Assembly: GCA_046075855.1 (NCBI GenBank)
Contig: JBJTQX010000099.1
Coordinates: 35-64,034 of the forward strand
Length of the DNA stretch: 64,000 nucleotides
Reading direction: 5' to 3'
From: Actinomycetes bacterium
Lineage (GTDB): Bacteria > Actinomycetota > Acidimicrobiia > IMCC26256
Shown here: positions 38,546 to 47,954 of the stretch, one piece after another
Layout of the letters: each line of letters begins with the position of its first letter
Numbering within the stretch: the stretch's first letter is position 1
Translations under genes and position numbers: made by a program
The notes under the pieces: model-generated
The model's input: the letters and a program-made list of their open reading frames with translations, nothing else
Told to the model about the DNA's origin: nothing
Databases searched by the model: none

Positions 38546-39682
38546 ATGGACCGCCGCCTCGCCACGGTGCTCGTGGGGGCCCTGAGCATCGGTGCCGTGC
38601 TGGCCGTCGCACCGCTCCTCGCCGGCCGTGACCGGGCCGACACCGGCCCGACGGATACCGGCGCCCGGCCGACCCCGACCTCGGGCGCGGCCCCCGCCGC
38701 CCCCTCGGGCACCGCACCGTCGCCCCCTCCGACCACCGCGCTCCGCACGGGGAACGGCGAGCCGGTGACCCTGGCCTTCGGGGGCGATGTGCACTTCGAG
38801 GGCAACCTGCGCAGTCGCCTCGCCGATCCCGGCACCGCGCTGAGCAGCATCGCCCCGCTGCTCGCCCCGGCGGACATCGCCATGGTGAACCTCGAGACCG
38901 CGGTGACCGAGCGCGGCACCCCGCAGACCAAGGCCTACAACTTCCGCGCGCCGGCGACCGCGTTCGCCGCGCTGCGCAGTGCCGGCATCGACGTGACGAC
39001 GATGGCGAACAACCATGGCATCGACTTCGGATCCGTGGGGCTCTCCGACTCGCTGGCCGCGCGCGCGGGCGCCGGGATCCCGGTGCTCGGGATCGGCGCG
39101 GACGCGACCGACGCGTACCGCCCATGGCGCACGACCGTCCGGGGCCAGCGGATCGCGGTCTTCGCCGCGACCGATGTGCTCGACGACTGGCTCATCACCG
39201 CCTGGACCGCCACCGAGACCCAGGGTGGCCTCGCCTCGGCGAAGGGTGCCGCCCAGGAACGGCTCGTCGGAGCGATCCGAGCCGGGCGCGGCTCGGCCGA
39301 CACCGTCGTCGTCTACCTGCACTGGGGCGCCGAGGGGCAGTTCTGCCCGACGCCCCGCCAGCGGGAACTGGCCGACGCGCTCGTGGCCGCCGGCGCCGAC
39401 ATCGTCGTCGGCTCGCACGCACACCGGGTCCAGGGCGCCGGGCGACTCGGGTCCGCGTTCGTCGCCTACGGGCTCGGCAACTTCGTCTTCTACAACGAGT
39501 CCGGGGAGAGCGGGCGCACCGGCGTGCTCCGGATCACCGCGACCGGGCGCCGCATCGACGGGTGGGAGTGGGTGCCCGCCCGGATCACCGGCGGGATCCC
39601 ACGGACCCTCGGGGAGCCCGCCCGGACCCAGGACCTCACGGTCCTGGACCAGCGGCGGGCCTGCGCGGCACTGGCGCCCTGA
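38546..39682 (+). CDS. CapA-family metallophosphoesterase
   Basis: GDV, NLE, ANNHGIDFG, HWG, HAH, YGLGNF. Confidence 0.9.
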   Translation: MDRRLATVLVGALSIGAVLAVAPLLAGRDRADTGPTDTGARPTPTSGAAPAAPSGTAPSPPPTTALRTGNGEPVTLAFGGDVHFEGNLRSRLADPGTALSSIAPLLAPADIAMVNLETAVTERGTPQTKAYNFRAPATAFAALRSAGIDVTTMANNHGIDFGSVGLSDSLAARAGAGIPVLGIGADATDAYRPWRTTVRGQRIAVFAATDVLDDWLITAWTATETQGGLASAKGAAQERLVGAIRAGRGSADTVVVYLHWGAEGQFCPTPRQRELADALVAAGADIVVGSHAHRVQGAGRLGSAFVAYGLGNFVFYNESGESGRTGVLRITATGRRIDGWEWVPARITGGIPRTLGEPARTQDLTVLDQRRACAALAP

Positions 39683-39754
39683 CCGGGCCCTCCGACCCAG
39701 CGCAGAGCGGTCATCGCGGCGGGATCGCCCTCGAGCAGGCCGCCCATCCGGGCC

Positions 39755-39782
39755 TCAAGACCCGTGGCGGTTGCGCCGATAC
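39755..39782 (+). promoter_or_regulatory. sigma28/WhiG-type promoter
   Basis: TCAA-N16-GCCGATAC, 7 nt before the GTG at 39790. Confidence 0.65.
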
Positions 39783-39789
39783 GGGGACC

Positions 39790-40692
39790 GTGGACACCGC
39801 ACGTACCCCGAACCCGCACGCACCCCGTACGCCGCGCCGGGCACGCCGGCTCCGGGTCGCGCTCGCGACTGCGAGCCTCGTGCTCGCCTCCTCGGCCTGC
39901 GCCGCGATCCCCGTGACCGCCTTCACCTCCATCGACCCGCCCGCCCGGACCTCGGAGACCGGCGTCTCCTGGTACGCCTACCCGGCGCCCGGGAACCACG
40001 ACGTCCGGATCGCCGTCGTACGGGCTGCCGGCAGCGGACCGCACCCGACGGTGCTCATCCTCCCGGGCTCCGACGGGCTCCACGACGAATACCTCCGACT
40101 GGCCCGCGCCTACGCGGCGCGCGGGTTCGACGCGGTCACCGGCTGCTGGTTCGCCTACCCGGACCCGGCCGACCGTCTCCGTATCGACTGCTCGACCGCA
40201 CCGGCGTTCACGGGCGTGTCCGAAGCCGCGGTCAGCACCCTCGACGCCCTCATCGCGGCGACCCAGCGCGCCACCGGCGTGACCCGAGCCCACCTCGGGA
40301 TCGTCGGCTACTCACGGGGCGGCGGCATCGCCCTGCTCCACGCGGCGAGGACCGGTTCGACCCTGCCGATCGTGGACATCGCGGGCATGGTCACCGGACA
40401 GGTCACCGGCTTCGGCGGCGGACCGCTCCCGACCGACGTCAACGTGATCCCGTCGGCCGGCCAGATCCGGGCTTCGACCCTCGTGCTCCACGGCTACCAG
40501 GACGGCATCATCATCCCGGCGCAGTCGGTGGATCTCATGACCGCCATGCGGAACGCGGGCCGAGACGTCTCGGTGCACTGGTACTTCGACGTCTGCGACG
40601 GTCCCTGCAACCACGACCTGCTGAGCCACACGACGAGCCGCACCGACGTGCTCGACCGCTCGTCGACCTGGCTCCACCAGCGCATCGGCTGA
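39790..40692 (+). CDS. Secreted/lipoprotein alpha/beta hydrolase (dienelactone hydrolase-like), paralogue 1
   Basis: Arg-rich signal plus SAC, GYSRG nucleophile, HGYQD, CDGPCNH. Confidence 0.75.
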   Translation: MDTARTPNPHAPRTPRRARRLRVALATASLVLASSACAAIPVTAFTSIDPPARTSETGVSWYAYPAPGNHDVRIAVVRAAGSGPHPTVLILPGSDGLHDEYLRLARAYAARGFDAVTGCWFAYPDPADRLRIDCSTAPAFTGVSEAAVSTLDALIAATQRATGVTRAHLGIVGYSRGGGIALLHAARTGSTLPIVDIAGMVTGQVTGFGGGPLPTDVNVIPSAGQIRASTLVLHGYQDGIIIPAQSVDLMTAMRNAGRDVSVHWYFDVCDGPCNHDLLSHTTSRTDVLDRSSTWLHQRIG

Positions 40693-40693
40693 C

Positions 40694-40714
40694 CCGGCGG
40701 GTGCAACCCGCCGG
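40694..40714. terminator. Hairpin between convergent genes
   Basis: CCGGCGGGT-gca-ACCCGCCGG. Confidence 0.55.
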
Positions 40715-40727
40715 TGCCGGGCGCCGG

Positions 40728-41585
40728 TCAGTCCTCGAAGATGATGGTGCGGTGCCCGACGAGCACCACCCGGAACTCGCAGTGCGCGGCGATGGCCTGC
40801 GCGAGCACGGCCGACTCGAGCTCTCGACCCCGTCGGGCCAGGTCCTCCGGATCGTCCCGGTGCGACACCCCGGTCGCGGCCTGCGCAATGATCGGACCCT
40901 CGTCGAGATCCACGGTCGCGTAGTGCGCGGTGGCGCCGATGAGCTTCACCCCACGATCCCAGGCCCGCTGGTACGCACCCGCACCGATGAAGGCGGGCAG
41001 CAGCGAGTGGTGGACGTTGATCGCTGGCACGCCGGCCCGCTCGAGGAAGTCCGCGGTGAGGATCCGCATGTACCGAGCCAGCACGATGAGCTCGACGCCG
41101 AACGGCGTGATGGACCGGAGCACCTCGGCCTCGTGCTCCTCCCGCGAGCGGCCCTCCACCGGGATCCCGAGGAAGGGAACGTCGAACCGGCGGGCGAGGT
41201 CCGCGTGGTCCGAGTGGTCGGAGACGATGCAGACCACCTCGATCGGCAGCGACCCGAGTGCCACCCGCGACATCACGTCGTAGGCCGCGTGCCCGGCCCG
41301 GGAGACGAAGAGGGCGGCCCGGGTCCGTGCGCCGACCTCGTGGCAGGTGACGTCGCCCGCCGTGATCGCGGCCACCCCCGCGCGCAGCTGCTCGAGGTCG
41401 GTGGACCCGGGCACCGCGAGCTGCATGCGTTGGACGAACACCCCGCCCGAGGTCGAGTGCTGCTCGGCCTCCTCGATGTTGCCGCCGACGTCGCGCACGT
41501 ACGCGGTCGTGTCGGCGACGAGGCCTGGACGGTCGGGGGCCGAGACGAGCAGGATGACGCGCGTCGGCGCGGTGACCTCGGTCAC
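40728..41585 (-). CDS. purU: Formyltetrahydrofolate deformylase
   Basis: N-terminal ACT (PDRPGLVA), LARYMRIL, INVHHSLLPAF.GA, KLIGATAHY, LDEGPII. Confidence 0.93.
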   Translation of the reverse strand: MTEVTAPTRVILLVSAPDRPGLVADTTAYVRDVGGNIEEAEQHSTSGGVFVQRMQLAVPGSTDLEQLRAGVAAITAGDVTCHEVGARTRAALFVSRAGHAAYDVMSRVALGSLPIEVVCIVSDHSDHADLARRFDVPFLGIPVEGRSREEHEAEVLRSITPFGVELIVLARYMRILTADFLERAGVPAINVHHSLLPAFIGAGAYQRAWDRGVKLIGATAHYATVDLDEGPIIAQAATGVSHRDDPEDLARRGRELESAVLAQAIAAHCEFRVVLVGHRTIIFED

Positions 41586-42124
41586 CGGGGAACGACGAGG
41601 CCCTGCGCCTCGAGGTCGGCGACGAGCGCACCCGTCGTCGTCCCGAGCACCGACGCGAGGACGGTGAGGTCGTCGCGACGCAGGGTGATCACCTTGCCCG
41701 CGTAGTCGCCACGGCGCACCTGGATCGCCGTTGCGTACCGCGAGATCGCGGTCGCCTCCGGCGTCTGCAGATCGGCGAGACGCACGAGGTCGAGTCGGAG
41801 GCTCTCGCTCCGCTCGGTCCCGGGCAGCACGATCTCGTCATCCGCCCGCGGCACGAGGACGTCGGCCGGCACGCCGTAGAAGGCCGCGAGGCGCAGCAGG
41901 CGCGGCGCCGAGATGGCGCGTTCTCCGCGCTCGTACGCGCCGAGGACCGAGGCCTTGAACTCCTGCTTCGACTCGACCTCGACCGCGTAGAGCGACAGGC
42001 CCTTCTGCACACGCACCGCGCGCAGCCGCTCACCGACCGCCACGCCGAAGCGCGCGACCGCCGCCTGCTCGAAGTCCTCGTCCCCTGCCCCGGACCGCCG
42101 AGCGGTCCCCTCGTCCGTCGTCAC
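41582..42124 (-). CDS. bldD: BldD-like XRE transcriptional regulator
   Basis: LRAVRVQKGLSL..GAYERGER..FYGVP; C-domain LDLVRL..RGDYAGKVITLRRDD (RxD-X8-RxxD). Confidence 0.8.
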   Translation of the reverse strand: MTTDEGTARRSGAGDEDFEQAAVARFGVAVGERLRAVRVQKGLSLYAVEVESKQEFKASVLGAYERGERAISAPRLLRLAAFYGVPADVLVPRADDEIVLPGTERSESLRLDLVRLADLQTPEATAISRYATAIQVRRGDYAGKVITLRRDDLTVLASVLGTTTGALVADLEAQGLVVPR

Positions 42125-42133
42125 CCCCCTATC

Positions 42134-42151
42134 GTGCCCCATCCGGGGCAC
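42134..42151. promoter_or_regulatory. Inverted repeat over the bldD-like promoter (candidate operator)
   Basis: GTGCCCC-atcc-GGGGCAC overlapping a CACGAT -10-like element. Confidence 0.4.
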
Positions 42152-42275
42152 CTCGTGGACCACAGGGGCCGCGAACCCCCCGATCGAGGTCGGCGACCCG
42201 CCTTGGGGAACCGCCGGCCGGCCCCGGTAACCTCTCGGCCCGGACCGACCCCACCCCACCCCGAAAGGACCCGCG

Positions 42276-42842
42276 ATGCCCGCTCCCGACCCGAAGGATC
42301 TCGGACCCCTCGCCCCACTGGCCGGCACCTGGGAGGGCGCCGAGGGCCTCGACATCTCGTACCACCACGCCGAGGGCGAGATCGGTGAGACGAAGTACCG
42401 GGAGAAGGTCGAGCTCAAGCCGTTCGGCCCGGTCGACAACGGCCGGCAGCAGCTCTTCGGCCTCGACTACCGCATGGCTGCCTACAAGGAGGGCGAGGAC
42501 GAGCCGTTCCACACCGAGGTCGGCTACTGGCTCTGGGATGCCGCCGCCGGTCAGGTGATGCGCTGCTTCATGGTGCCCCGCGGCCAGGTCGTCATCGCCG
42601 GGGCCAGCGTGTCGGCGGACACGAAGTCCTTCACGATGTCGGCCGAGAACGGCTCGAACACCTACGGCATCCTCTCGAACCAGTACCTCCAGGAGTTCTC
42701 CACCACGCCGTCGTACACCTGCGCGATCACGGTGAACGACGACGGCAGCTGGTCGTACGACGAGTGCACAACCTACGAGGTGAAGTCCAAGGGCCTCACC
42801 GTGCAGCACACGGACCGCAACACCCTCCGCAAGGTCGGCTGA
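42276..42842 (+). CDS. Nitrobindin/FABP-like (DUF1794) beta-barrel
   Basis: LGPLAPLAGTWEG, FHTEVGYW, HTDRNTL. Confidence 0.85.
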   Translation: MPAPDPKDLGPLAPLAGTWEGAEGLDISYHHAEGEIGETKYREKVELKPFGPVDNGRQQLFGLDYRMAAYKEGEDEPFHTEVGYWLWDAAAGQVMRCFMVPRGQVVIAGASVSADTKSFTMSAENGSNTYGILSNQYLQEFSTTPSYTCAITVNDDGSWSYDECTTYEVKSKGLTVQHTDRNTLRKVG

Positions 42843-42861
42843 ACCACACCTCCCACCGCGT

Positions 42862-42887
42862 GAGGCCCCCGCTGCGGCGGGGGCCTC
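42862..42887 (+). terminator. Intrinsic terminator-like hairpin
   Basis: GAGGCCCCCGC-tgcg-GCGGGGGCCTC 11-bp stem. Confidence 0.65.
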
Positions 42888-42917
42888 GTCGCGCCGCGAT
42901 CGGACAAGGGACCCACG

Positions 42918-43568
42918 ATGATCGACCTCCTCACGACCGACGAGCTCCTGCGCACCACACGTTCGGTACGCAAGCGCCTCGACCTCACCCGTGACGTTCC
43001 CCACGAGGTCGTCATGGAGTGCATCGACCTCGCGCTGCAGGCGCCCACGGGCTCCAATCGGCAGGGGTGGTCGTTCATCGTGGTGCGAGACCGTGACCAG
43101 CGGACTGAGCTGGCACGCCTCTACCGGCAGGCGGTCGACCTGTACATGCAGGTGCCCCGCCCCGAGTACGCCGTGGGCGACCCCCGAGCCGCGAGCGGCG
43201 CGAAGGTCGCGGACTCGGCGCGCTACCTCGCCGACCACCTCCACGAGGTGCCCGTGCACCTCGTGCCGTGCATCGAGGGCCGGGTCGAGGAGGCGGGCGT
43301 GCTCGCCCAGGCCTCCACGTACGGGTCGATCCTGCCGGCGGTGTGGTCCTTCGCCCTCGCCGCCCGGGCCCGCGGCCTCGGCACCGCCTGGACGACCCTG
43401 CACCTCATGTTCGAGCGCGAGGCGGCCGAGGTGCTCGGCGTCCCCGACCACGTGACCCAGGCCGCGCTCCTGCCGGTCGCCTACTTCACCGGCGAGACGT
43501 TCAAGCCGGCGTCACGCCTGCCCGCCGCCGCGGTGACGCACCTCGACCGCTGGGGCACGCCCACCTGA
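42918..43568 (+). CDS. Nitroreductase family protein
   Basis: TTRSVRKRL, QAPTGSNRQ, RARGLGTAWTT. Confidence 0.9.
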   Translation: MIDLLTTDELLRTTRSVRKRLDLTRDVPHEVVMECIDLALQAPTGSNRQGWSFIVVRDRDQRTELARLYRQAVDLYMQVPRPEYAVGDPRAASGAKVADSARYLADHLHEVPVHLVPCIEGRVEEAGVLAQASTYGSILPAVWSFALAARARGLGTAWTTLHLMFEREAAEVLGVPDHVTQAALLPVAYFTGETFKPASRLPAAAVTHLDRWGTPT

Positions 43569-43587
43569 GCGGAGGCGACCCCAGCGC

Positions 43588-44037
43588 TCAGGCGGCGACG
43601 TGCGGGGCGATCTGGCGGTCGTAGTCGGTCGAGAACAGCGGCGACGTGACGAGGAAGTCCGCGGTGGCCCGGTTGCACGCGACCGGGATGTTCCACACCA
43701 CCGCGATCCGCAGCAGCGCGCGCACGTCGGGGTCGTGCGGCTGCGGCTCGAGCGGATCCCAGAAGAACAGCAGCATGTCGACGCCGTAGTCCGCGATGCG
43801 GGCTCCGATCTGCTGATCGCCGCCGAGCGGACCGGAGCGCAGCCGCTCGATCGGCAGCCCGAGCGCCTCGGCGAGGAGGCCGCCGGTGGTACCGGTCGCG
43901 CAGAGCTCGTGCTCGGCGAGCACCGCACGGTGCTCCCGGGCCCACTCGAGCAGGTGCTCCTTCTCGTGGTCGTGGGCCACGAGCGCGATGCGCTTTCGGG
44001 CGGGGAGCCGGGCGTCGGGCGGGGTGGTGTCGGTCAT
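43588..44037 (-). CDS. mgsA: Methylglyoxal synthase
   Basis: [31 protein letters not shown]. Confidence 0.95.
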   Translation of the reverse strand: MTDTTPPDARLPARKRIALVAHDHEKEHLLEWAREHRAVLAEHELCATGTTGGLLAEALGLPIERLRSGPLGGDQQIGARIADYGVDMLLFFWDPLEPQPHDPDVRALLRIAVVWNIPVACNRATADFLVTSPLFSTDYDRQIAPHVAA

Positions 44038-44083
44038 GGCGTCATCGTCGCGCAACCGACCGGGCGCTCGCGGTGGCCCCGGC

Positions 44084-44779
44084 TCAGCGGGCGAAGGCAA
44101 CCCGTACGACGGTCGCCTCGGCGATGGTCCCGTCCTTGGCCGAGCGGGTCGAGAGCATCACCGCCCCGTAGGCCTGGGACGGCGCGGTGAACGACAGCAC
44201 ATCGACGAACGGACCCATCTCGCCGTTCGCCCCGCCCATCGCCGTGCCCTCGCCCAGCGGGGTCGCGGTCGAGTCCTGCCGGATCTCCGTACGGATCTGT
44301 GCCTCGAAGGCGGTGCTCGTGCCCCGCAGGGTCACGGGGGACGCGACCCGGCCGCCGACGGTCGGCTCAGCGAGCACGAGGTTCGGGGTCGTGGCGCCGA
44401 GCACCCACCAGTGCCCAGCTGCGTCGAGCTGCCGCACGAGCACGGTGGTGACCGGACCGGGGTCGCTCGTGCGCACCGGCACCTCTCCGGAGCGCGCGTC
44501 CCCGGCTGCGAACGCACCGACGATCGGCATGGTGAACCCGATGTACTGCTCGGCGAAGGCACGGGCCGCCGCCGCCGGATCGGTGTAGGCCGACGCACCG
44601 ACCGGGAACACCGCGGTCGAGGTGTCGGGTGCCGCCGTCGTGGTCGTGCTCCCGAGCGCCGTGGTCGACGTGCGGACGGGGCGCGTCGTGGACGACGTCG
44701 CATCATCGTCGCCACCGCACCGCGCCGCAGCGAACAGCGCCGCCACGACGAGGAGCAACACCGAAGCCCGGCGCACCAT
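44084..44779 (-). CDS. Exported Gmad2 Ig-like domain protein
   Basis: Signal with Cys, Thr-rich linker, [19 protein letters not shown]. Confidence 0.75.
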   Translation of the reverse strand: MVRRASVLLLVVAALFAAARCGGDDDATSSTTRPVRTSTTALGSTTTTAAPDTSTAVFPVGASAYTDPAAAARAFAEQYIGFTMPIVGAFAAGDARSGEVPVRTSDPGPVTTVLVRQLDAAGHWWVLGATTPNLVLAEPTVGGRVASPVTLRGTSTAFEAQIRTEIRQDSTATPLGEGTAMGGANGEMGPFVDVLSFTAPSQAYGAVMLSTRSAKDGTIAEATVVRVAFAR

Positions 44780-44943
44780 CGGATCCCCCTCCCCCGCCGA
44801 CCGAGCCGACGGATCCATGGCCGACGGAACCGGCCTCCACCCGCAGCGTGCCCGCCCGCAGGCCCCTCCGGTAGGGCCGACCGGCCCGAACCGGACCTCC
44901 GGACCCCCACGGCGCGGATCGGGTCCCCCTAACGTGGCCGGCC

Positions 44944-45798
44944 ATGAACCGCTTCCGACGTTCCCTCGCCCTCCTCAAAACCTCGTGGTCGGTGCTGCGC
45001 GCCGAACGGCAGCTCCTGCTCATGCCGGTCTGCTCGGCCGGCGCCTCGGTCGTGGCCCTCGGACTGCTCGCCGTTGCGGCGTACGCCACCCTCGGCGAGG
45101 AGACCGGGGTCGACGGCACGAGCCAGGCCACGGCCAACATCGGCACGGTCGCGATCGCCATCGTGGGGTACTTACTGATCGCGTTCATCACCGTCTACTT
45201 CAGCGCCGCGCTCGTCGCCGGAGCGAACGCGCGGCTCACCGGCGGTGACCCGACCTTCGGATCCTCGATCGCCGAGGCGAACCGGCGTCTGCCCCGGATC
45301 CTCGGGTGGTCGGTGGTCGTGGCCACGGTCTCGATCGTCATCGATGCAATCGAGAGCCGCAGCGACGCGCTCGGAACGATCATGGCCTCGATCTTCAGCG
45401 CGGCGTGGAGCGTGGTCACCTACCTCGCGATCCCCATCATCGTGCTCGAGGACCTCGGGCCGATCGCGGCGCTCAAGCGTTCCGGGGCCCTGCTGAAGCA
45501 GACCTGGGGCGAGAACATCATCACGAACGGCGGCATCGGCCTCATCGGGATCATCGTGGTCTTCCTGCCCAGTCTCGCCCTCGTGGTGCTCGGGATCGCG
45601 TCGGGCACGCCGTTCGTGGCGGTACCGCTCATCGCGATCGCCGTGGTGTGGTGCCTCGTCGGCGCGACCGTCCTAGCCGCGCTGTCCGGCATCGCCCGGA
45701 CCGCGCTGTACCGGTACGCGGTGGACGGAACGGTGCCGACCGCGTTCGTCGGAGCCGGGCTCGAGCAGGCCTTCGCAACGAAGCCGGCCCGGCGCTGA
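44944..45798 (+). CDS. DUF6159-type membrane protein
   Basis: SWSVL, LKRSG.LLKQTWGE, multiple TMs. Confidence 0.7.
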   Translation: MNRFRRSLALLKTSWSVLRAERQLLLMPVCSAGASVVALGLLAVAAYATLGEETGVDGTSQATANIGTVAIAIVGYLLIAFITVYFSAALVAGANARLTGGDPTFGSSIAEANRRLPRILGWSVVVATVSIVIDAIESRSDALGTIMASIFSAAWSVVTYLAIPIIVLEDLGPIAALKRSGALLKQTWGENIITNGGIGLIGIIVVFLPSLALVVLGIASGTPFVAVPLIAIAVVWCLVGATVLAALSGIARTALYRYAVDGTVPTAFVGAGLEQAFATKPARR

Positions 45799-45847
45799 CG
45801 CGCTGGGCCGGTTCCACGTACGGGTCGCGCTCAGCGAGCGCATGGGG

Positions 45848-46627
45848 TCACTTCGGTGGCATCCGGATCCCGCCGTCGACCCGCACGACCTCGGCGTTCA
45901 TGTACGGGTTCGTGATGAGGTCCATGACCGCGAAGGCCAGCTCCTCCGACGAGCCGAGACGCTTCGGGAACAGCACCGACTTGCCGAGGTTCGCCTTGAA
46001 CGCCTCCGACGCCTCGCCCTCGCCGTAGATCGGCGTGTCGATGAGGCCCGGGGCCACGGTGTTCACCCGGATGCCCGCGGCGGACAGGTCACGGGCGATC
46101 GGCAGGGTCATGCCGACGATGCCGCCCTTCGAAGCGGAGTAGGCGGCTTGGCCGATCTGCCCGTCGAAGGCTGCGCACGAGGCCATGTTCACGATGGCGC
46201 CACGCTGGCCGTCCTCGGTGAGCGGGTCGGTCTTGGCCATGGCCGCGGCCGAGAGCCGGAGCATGTTGAACGAGCCGAGCAGGTTCACCTTGATGACGAA
46301 GTCGAAGTGCGCCTGCTGCATCGGCTCGTTGTTGCGGTCGATGGTCCGGGCCGCGAAGCCGAGGCCGGCCGAGTTCACGAGCACGCGCAGCGGGCCCATC
46401 TCCGAGGCGGCGGCGACCGCAGCCGCACCGTCCTCCTCGCTCGAGACGTCGCACTTCACGAAGAGCCCGCCGAGCTCCTTGGCCACGGCGGTGCCCTTCT
46501 CCTCGTTGAGGTCGGCGATGACCACTCGGGCCCCGGCGGCGGCGAGCTGGCGGGCGCAGGCCTCGCCGATGCCCGAGGCACCGCCGGTGACGATCGCGGA
46601 GGCACCGTTCAGGTCGAGACGGGGCAT
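45848..46627 (-). CDS. SDR, 3-hydroxyacyl-CoA dehydrogenase type II-like
   Basis: TGGASGIG, DGQIGQAAYSASKGG..TLPIARDL, DGGIRM. Confidence 0.92.
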   Translation of the reverse strand: MPRLDLNGASAIVTGGASGIGEACARQLAAAGARVVIADLNEEKGTAVAKELGGLFVKCDVSSEEDGAAAVAAASEMGPLRVLVNSAGLGFAARTIDRNNEPMQQAHFDFVIKVNLLGSFNMLRLSAAAMAKTDPLTEDGQRGAIVNMASCAAFDGQIGQAAYSASKGGIVGMTLPIARDLSAAGIRVNTVAPGLIDTPIYGEGEASEAFKANLGKSVLFPKRLGSSEELAFAVMDLITNPYMNAEVVRVDGGIRMPPK

Positions 46628-46656
46628 GGTGGTTCCTTTCGGGTCGGTGGTTCGGG

Positions 46657-47424
46657 TTACTTGCCGGTCCAGTTCGGCGTGCGCTTCTCGGCGAACGCCG
46701 TCGCGCCCTCGCGGGCGTCGTCGCTCGAGAACACGGGCGTCGCGAGCGCGCCCTGCTTCTGGAACATCTCGGCCGACGACCAGTCGGCCGACTCCGTGAT
46801 GATCTGCTTGCTCACCGCGACGGCGAGGGGTCCGTTCGCCGCGATCTTGGCTGCGAGCTCCTTGGCCGCCTCGAGGGCGGTGCCCTCGGGCACGACGCGG
46901 TTCACGAGGCCCATGTCGTAGGCGCGCCCCGCGGTCACGAAGTCGCCGACGATGGCGAACTCCATGGCCAGGCGCGGCGGGATCTGCCGGGGCAGACGCA
47001 CGAGGCCGCCGCCCGCGGCCACGAGCCCCCGCTTGACCTCGGTGATGCCGAACTTCGAGGTCTCCGCGGCGACGATGAGGTCGCAGGTGATGGCGAGCTC
47101 GAAGCCGCCGGCCAGCGCGTAGCCCTCGACCGCGGCGATGAGCGGCTTGCGGGGCGGCGCCTCGGCGACGCCGGCGAAGCCCCGGCCCTCGACGATCGGG
47201 AGGTCGCCGGTGAGGAAGCCCTTGAGGTCCATGCCCGCGCAGAAGGTGCCGCCCGCGCCGGTCAGGATGCCGACCCGCAGCGCGTCGTTGCCGTCGAGCT
47301 CATCCATCGCGGCCGCTATGCCGCGTGCGACCTCGCCGTTGGCTGCGTTCTTGGCCTCCGGGCGGTTGATGGTGACGACGAGGACGCCGTCGACGACCTC
47401 GGTGAGGACTGCGGCTTCCGACAT
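46657..47424 (-). CDS. Enoyl-CoA hydratase/crotonase
   Basis: INRPEAKNA, FCAGMDL, AGGFEL, EVKRGL. Confidence 0.92.
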   Translation of the reverse strand: MSEAAVLTEVVDGVLVVTINRPEAKNAANGEVARGIAAAMDELDGNDALRVGILTGAGGTFCAGMDLKGFLTGDLPIVEGRGFAGVAEAPPRKPLIAAVEGYALAGGFELAITCDLIVAAETSKFGITEVKRGLVAAGGGLVRLPRQIPPRLAMEFAIVGDFVTAGRAYDMGLVNRVVPEGTALEAAKELAAKIAANGPLAVAVSKQIITESADWSSAEMFQKQGALATPVFSSDDAREGATAFAEKRTPNWTGK

Positions 47425-47543
47425 GCGCGCTCCTTGGGTGCGGGTTGGGGCGGACGCCGGGGCGCCCGGGAGGGCCGAATACTCCCCCCGGAGGGCCCGG
47501 CGCGGCCAATCCGCGCGGGCGGGTCGCCGGTCCCCGGGCGACG

Positions 47544-47951
47544 TCAGGCGCCGGAGAGCGCCGAGCCCCGGGCGAGCACGCGGAACTCCTCCGCGGGAAC
47601 CGGCCGACTCAGCCAGAAGCCCTGCCCGTAGTCCACGCCGATGCGGCGCAGTTCCTGCCAGGCCGCGGCCGTCTCGATCCCCACGGCCACCACCCGGATC
47701 CCCAGCGAGCGGCAGAGCCGGATGATCGCGCTCGCGATCGCCGCGTCGTCGGGGCGCGACATCATGTGCTGCACGAAGGACCGGTCGACCTTCACCTCAT
47801 CGACCGGGAGCTGCCGCAGGTACGCCAGCGAGGAGTACCCGGTGCCGAAGTCGTCCACCGACACCCGGACGCCGAGGTCGTGGAGGCGGCGCAACGCAGC
47901 CAGCGCACGAGGGTTTTGGGCCTGCGCGATCGGCCTCGAGCCGGGGTCCAC
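47544..47951 (-). pseudogene. C-terminal half of an EAL (c-di-GMP phosphodiesterase) domain
   Basis: DDFGTGYSSLAYL, KVDRSF, QGFWLSRP present; EAL and EITE motifs absent; AEG is AVG. Confidence 0.7.
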
Positions 47952-47954
47952 GGC

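Noticed and set aside
38546-39682. Poly-gamma-glutamate capsule locus
   Set aside because: No capB/capC nearby; stand-alone CapA-domain proteins are common
42918-43568. Nitroreductase as the missing flavin reductase for the SQ monooxygenase
   Set aside because: About 20 kb away, different family from SmoA-type reductases, no linking evidence
44084-44779. Gmad2 (here) and septum-formation (60228-61178) domains as evidence of sporulation
   Set aside because: These domains are widespread in non-sporulating Actinobacteria
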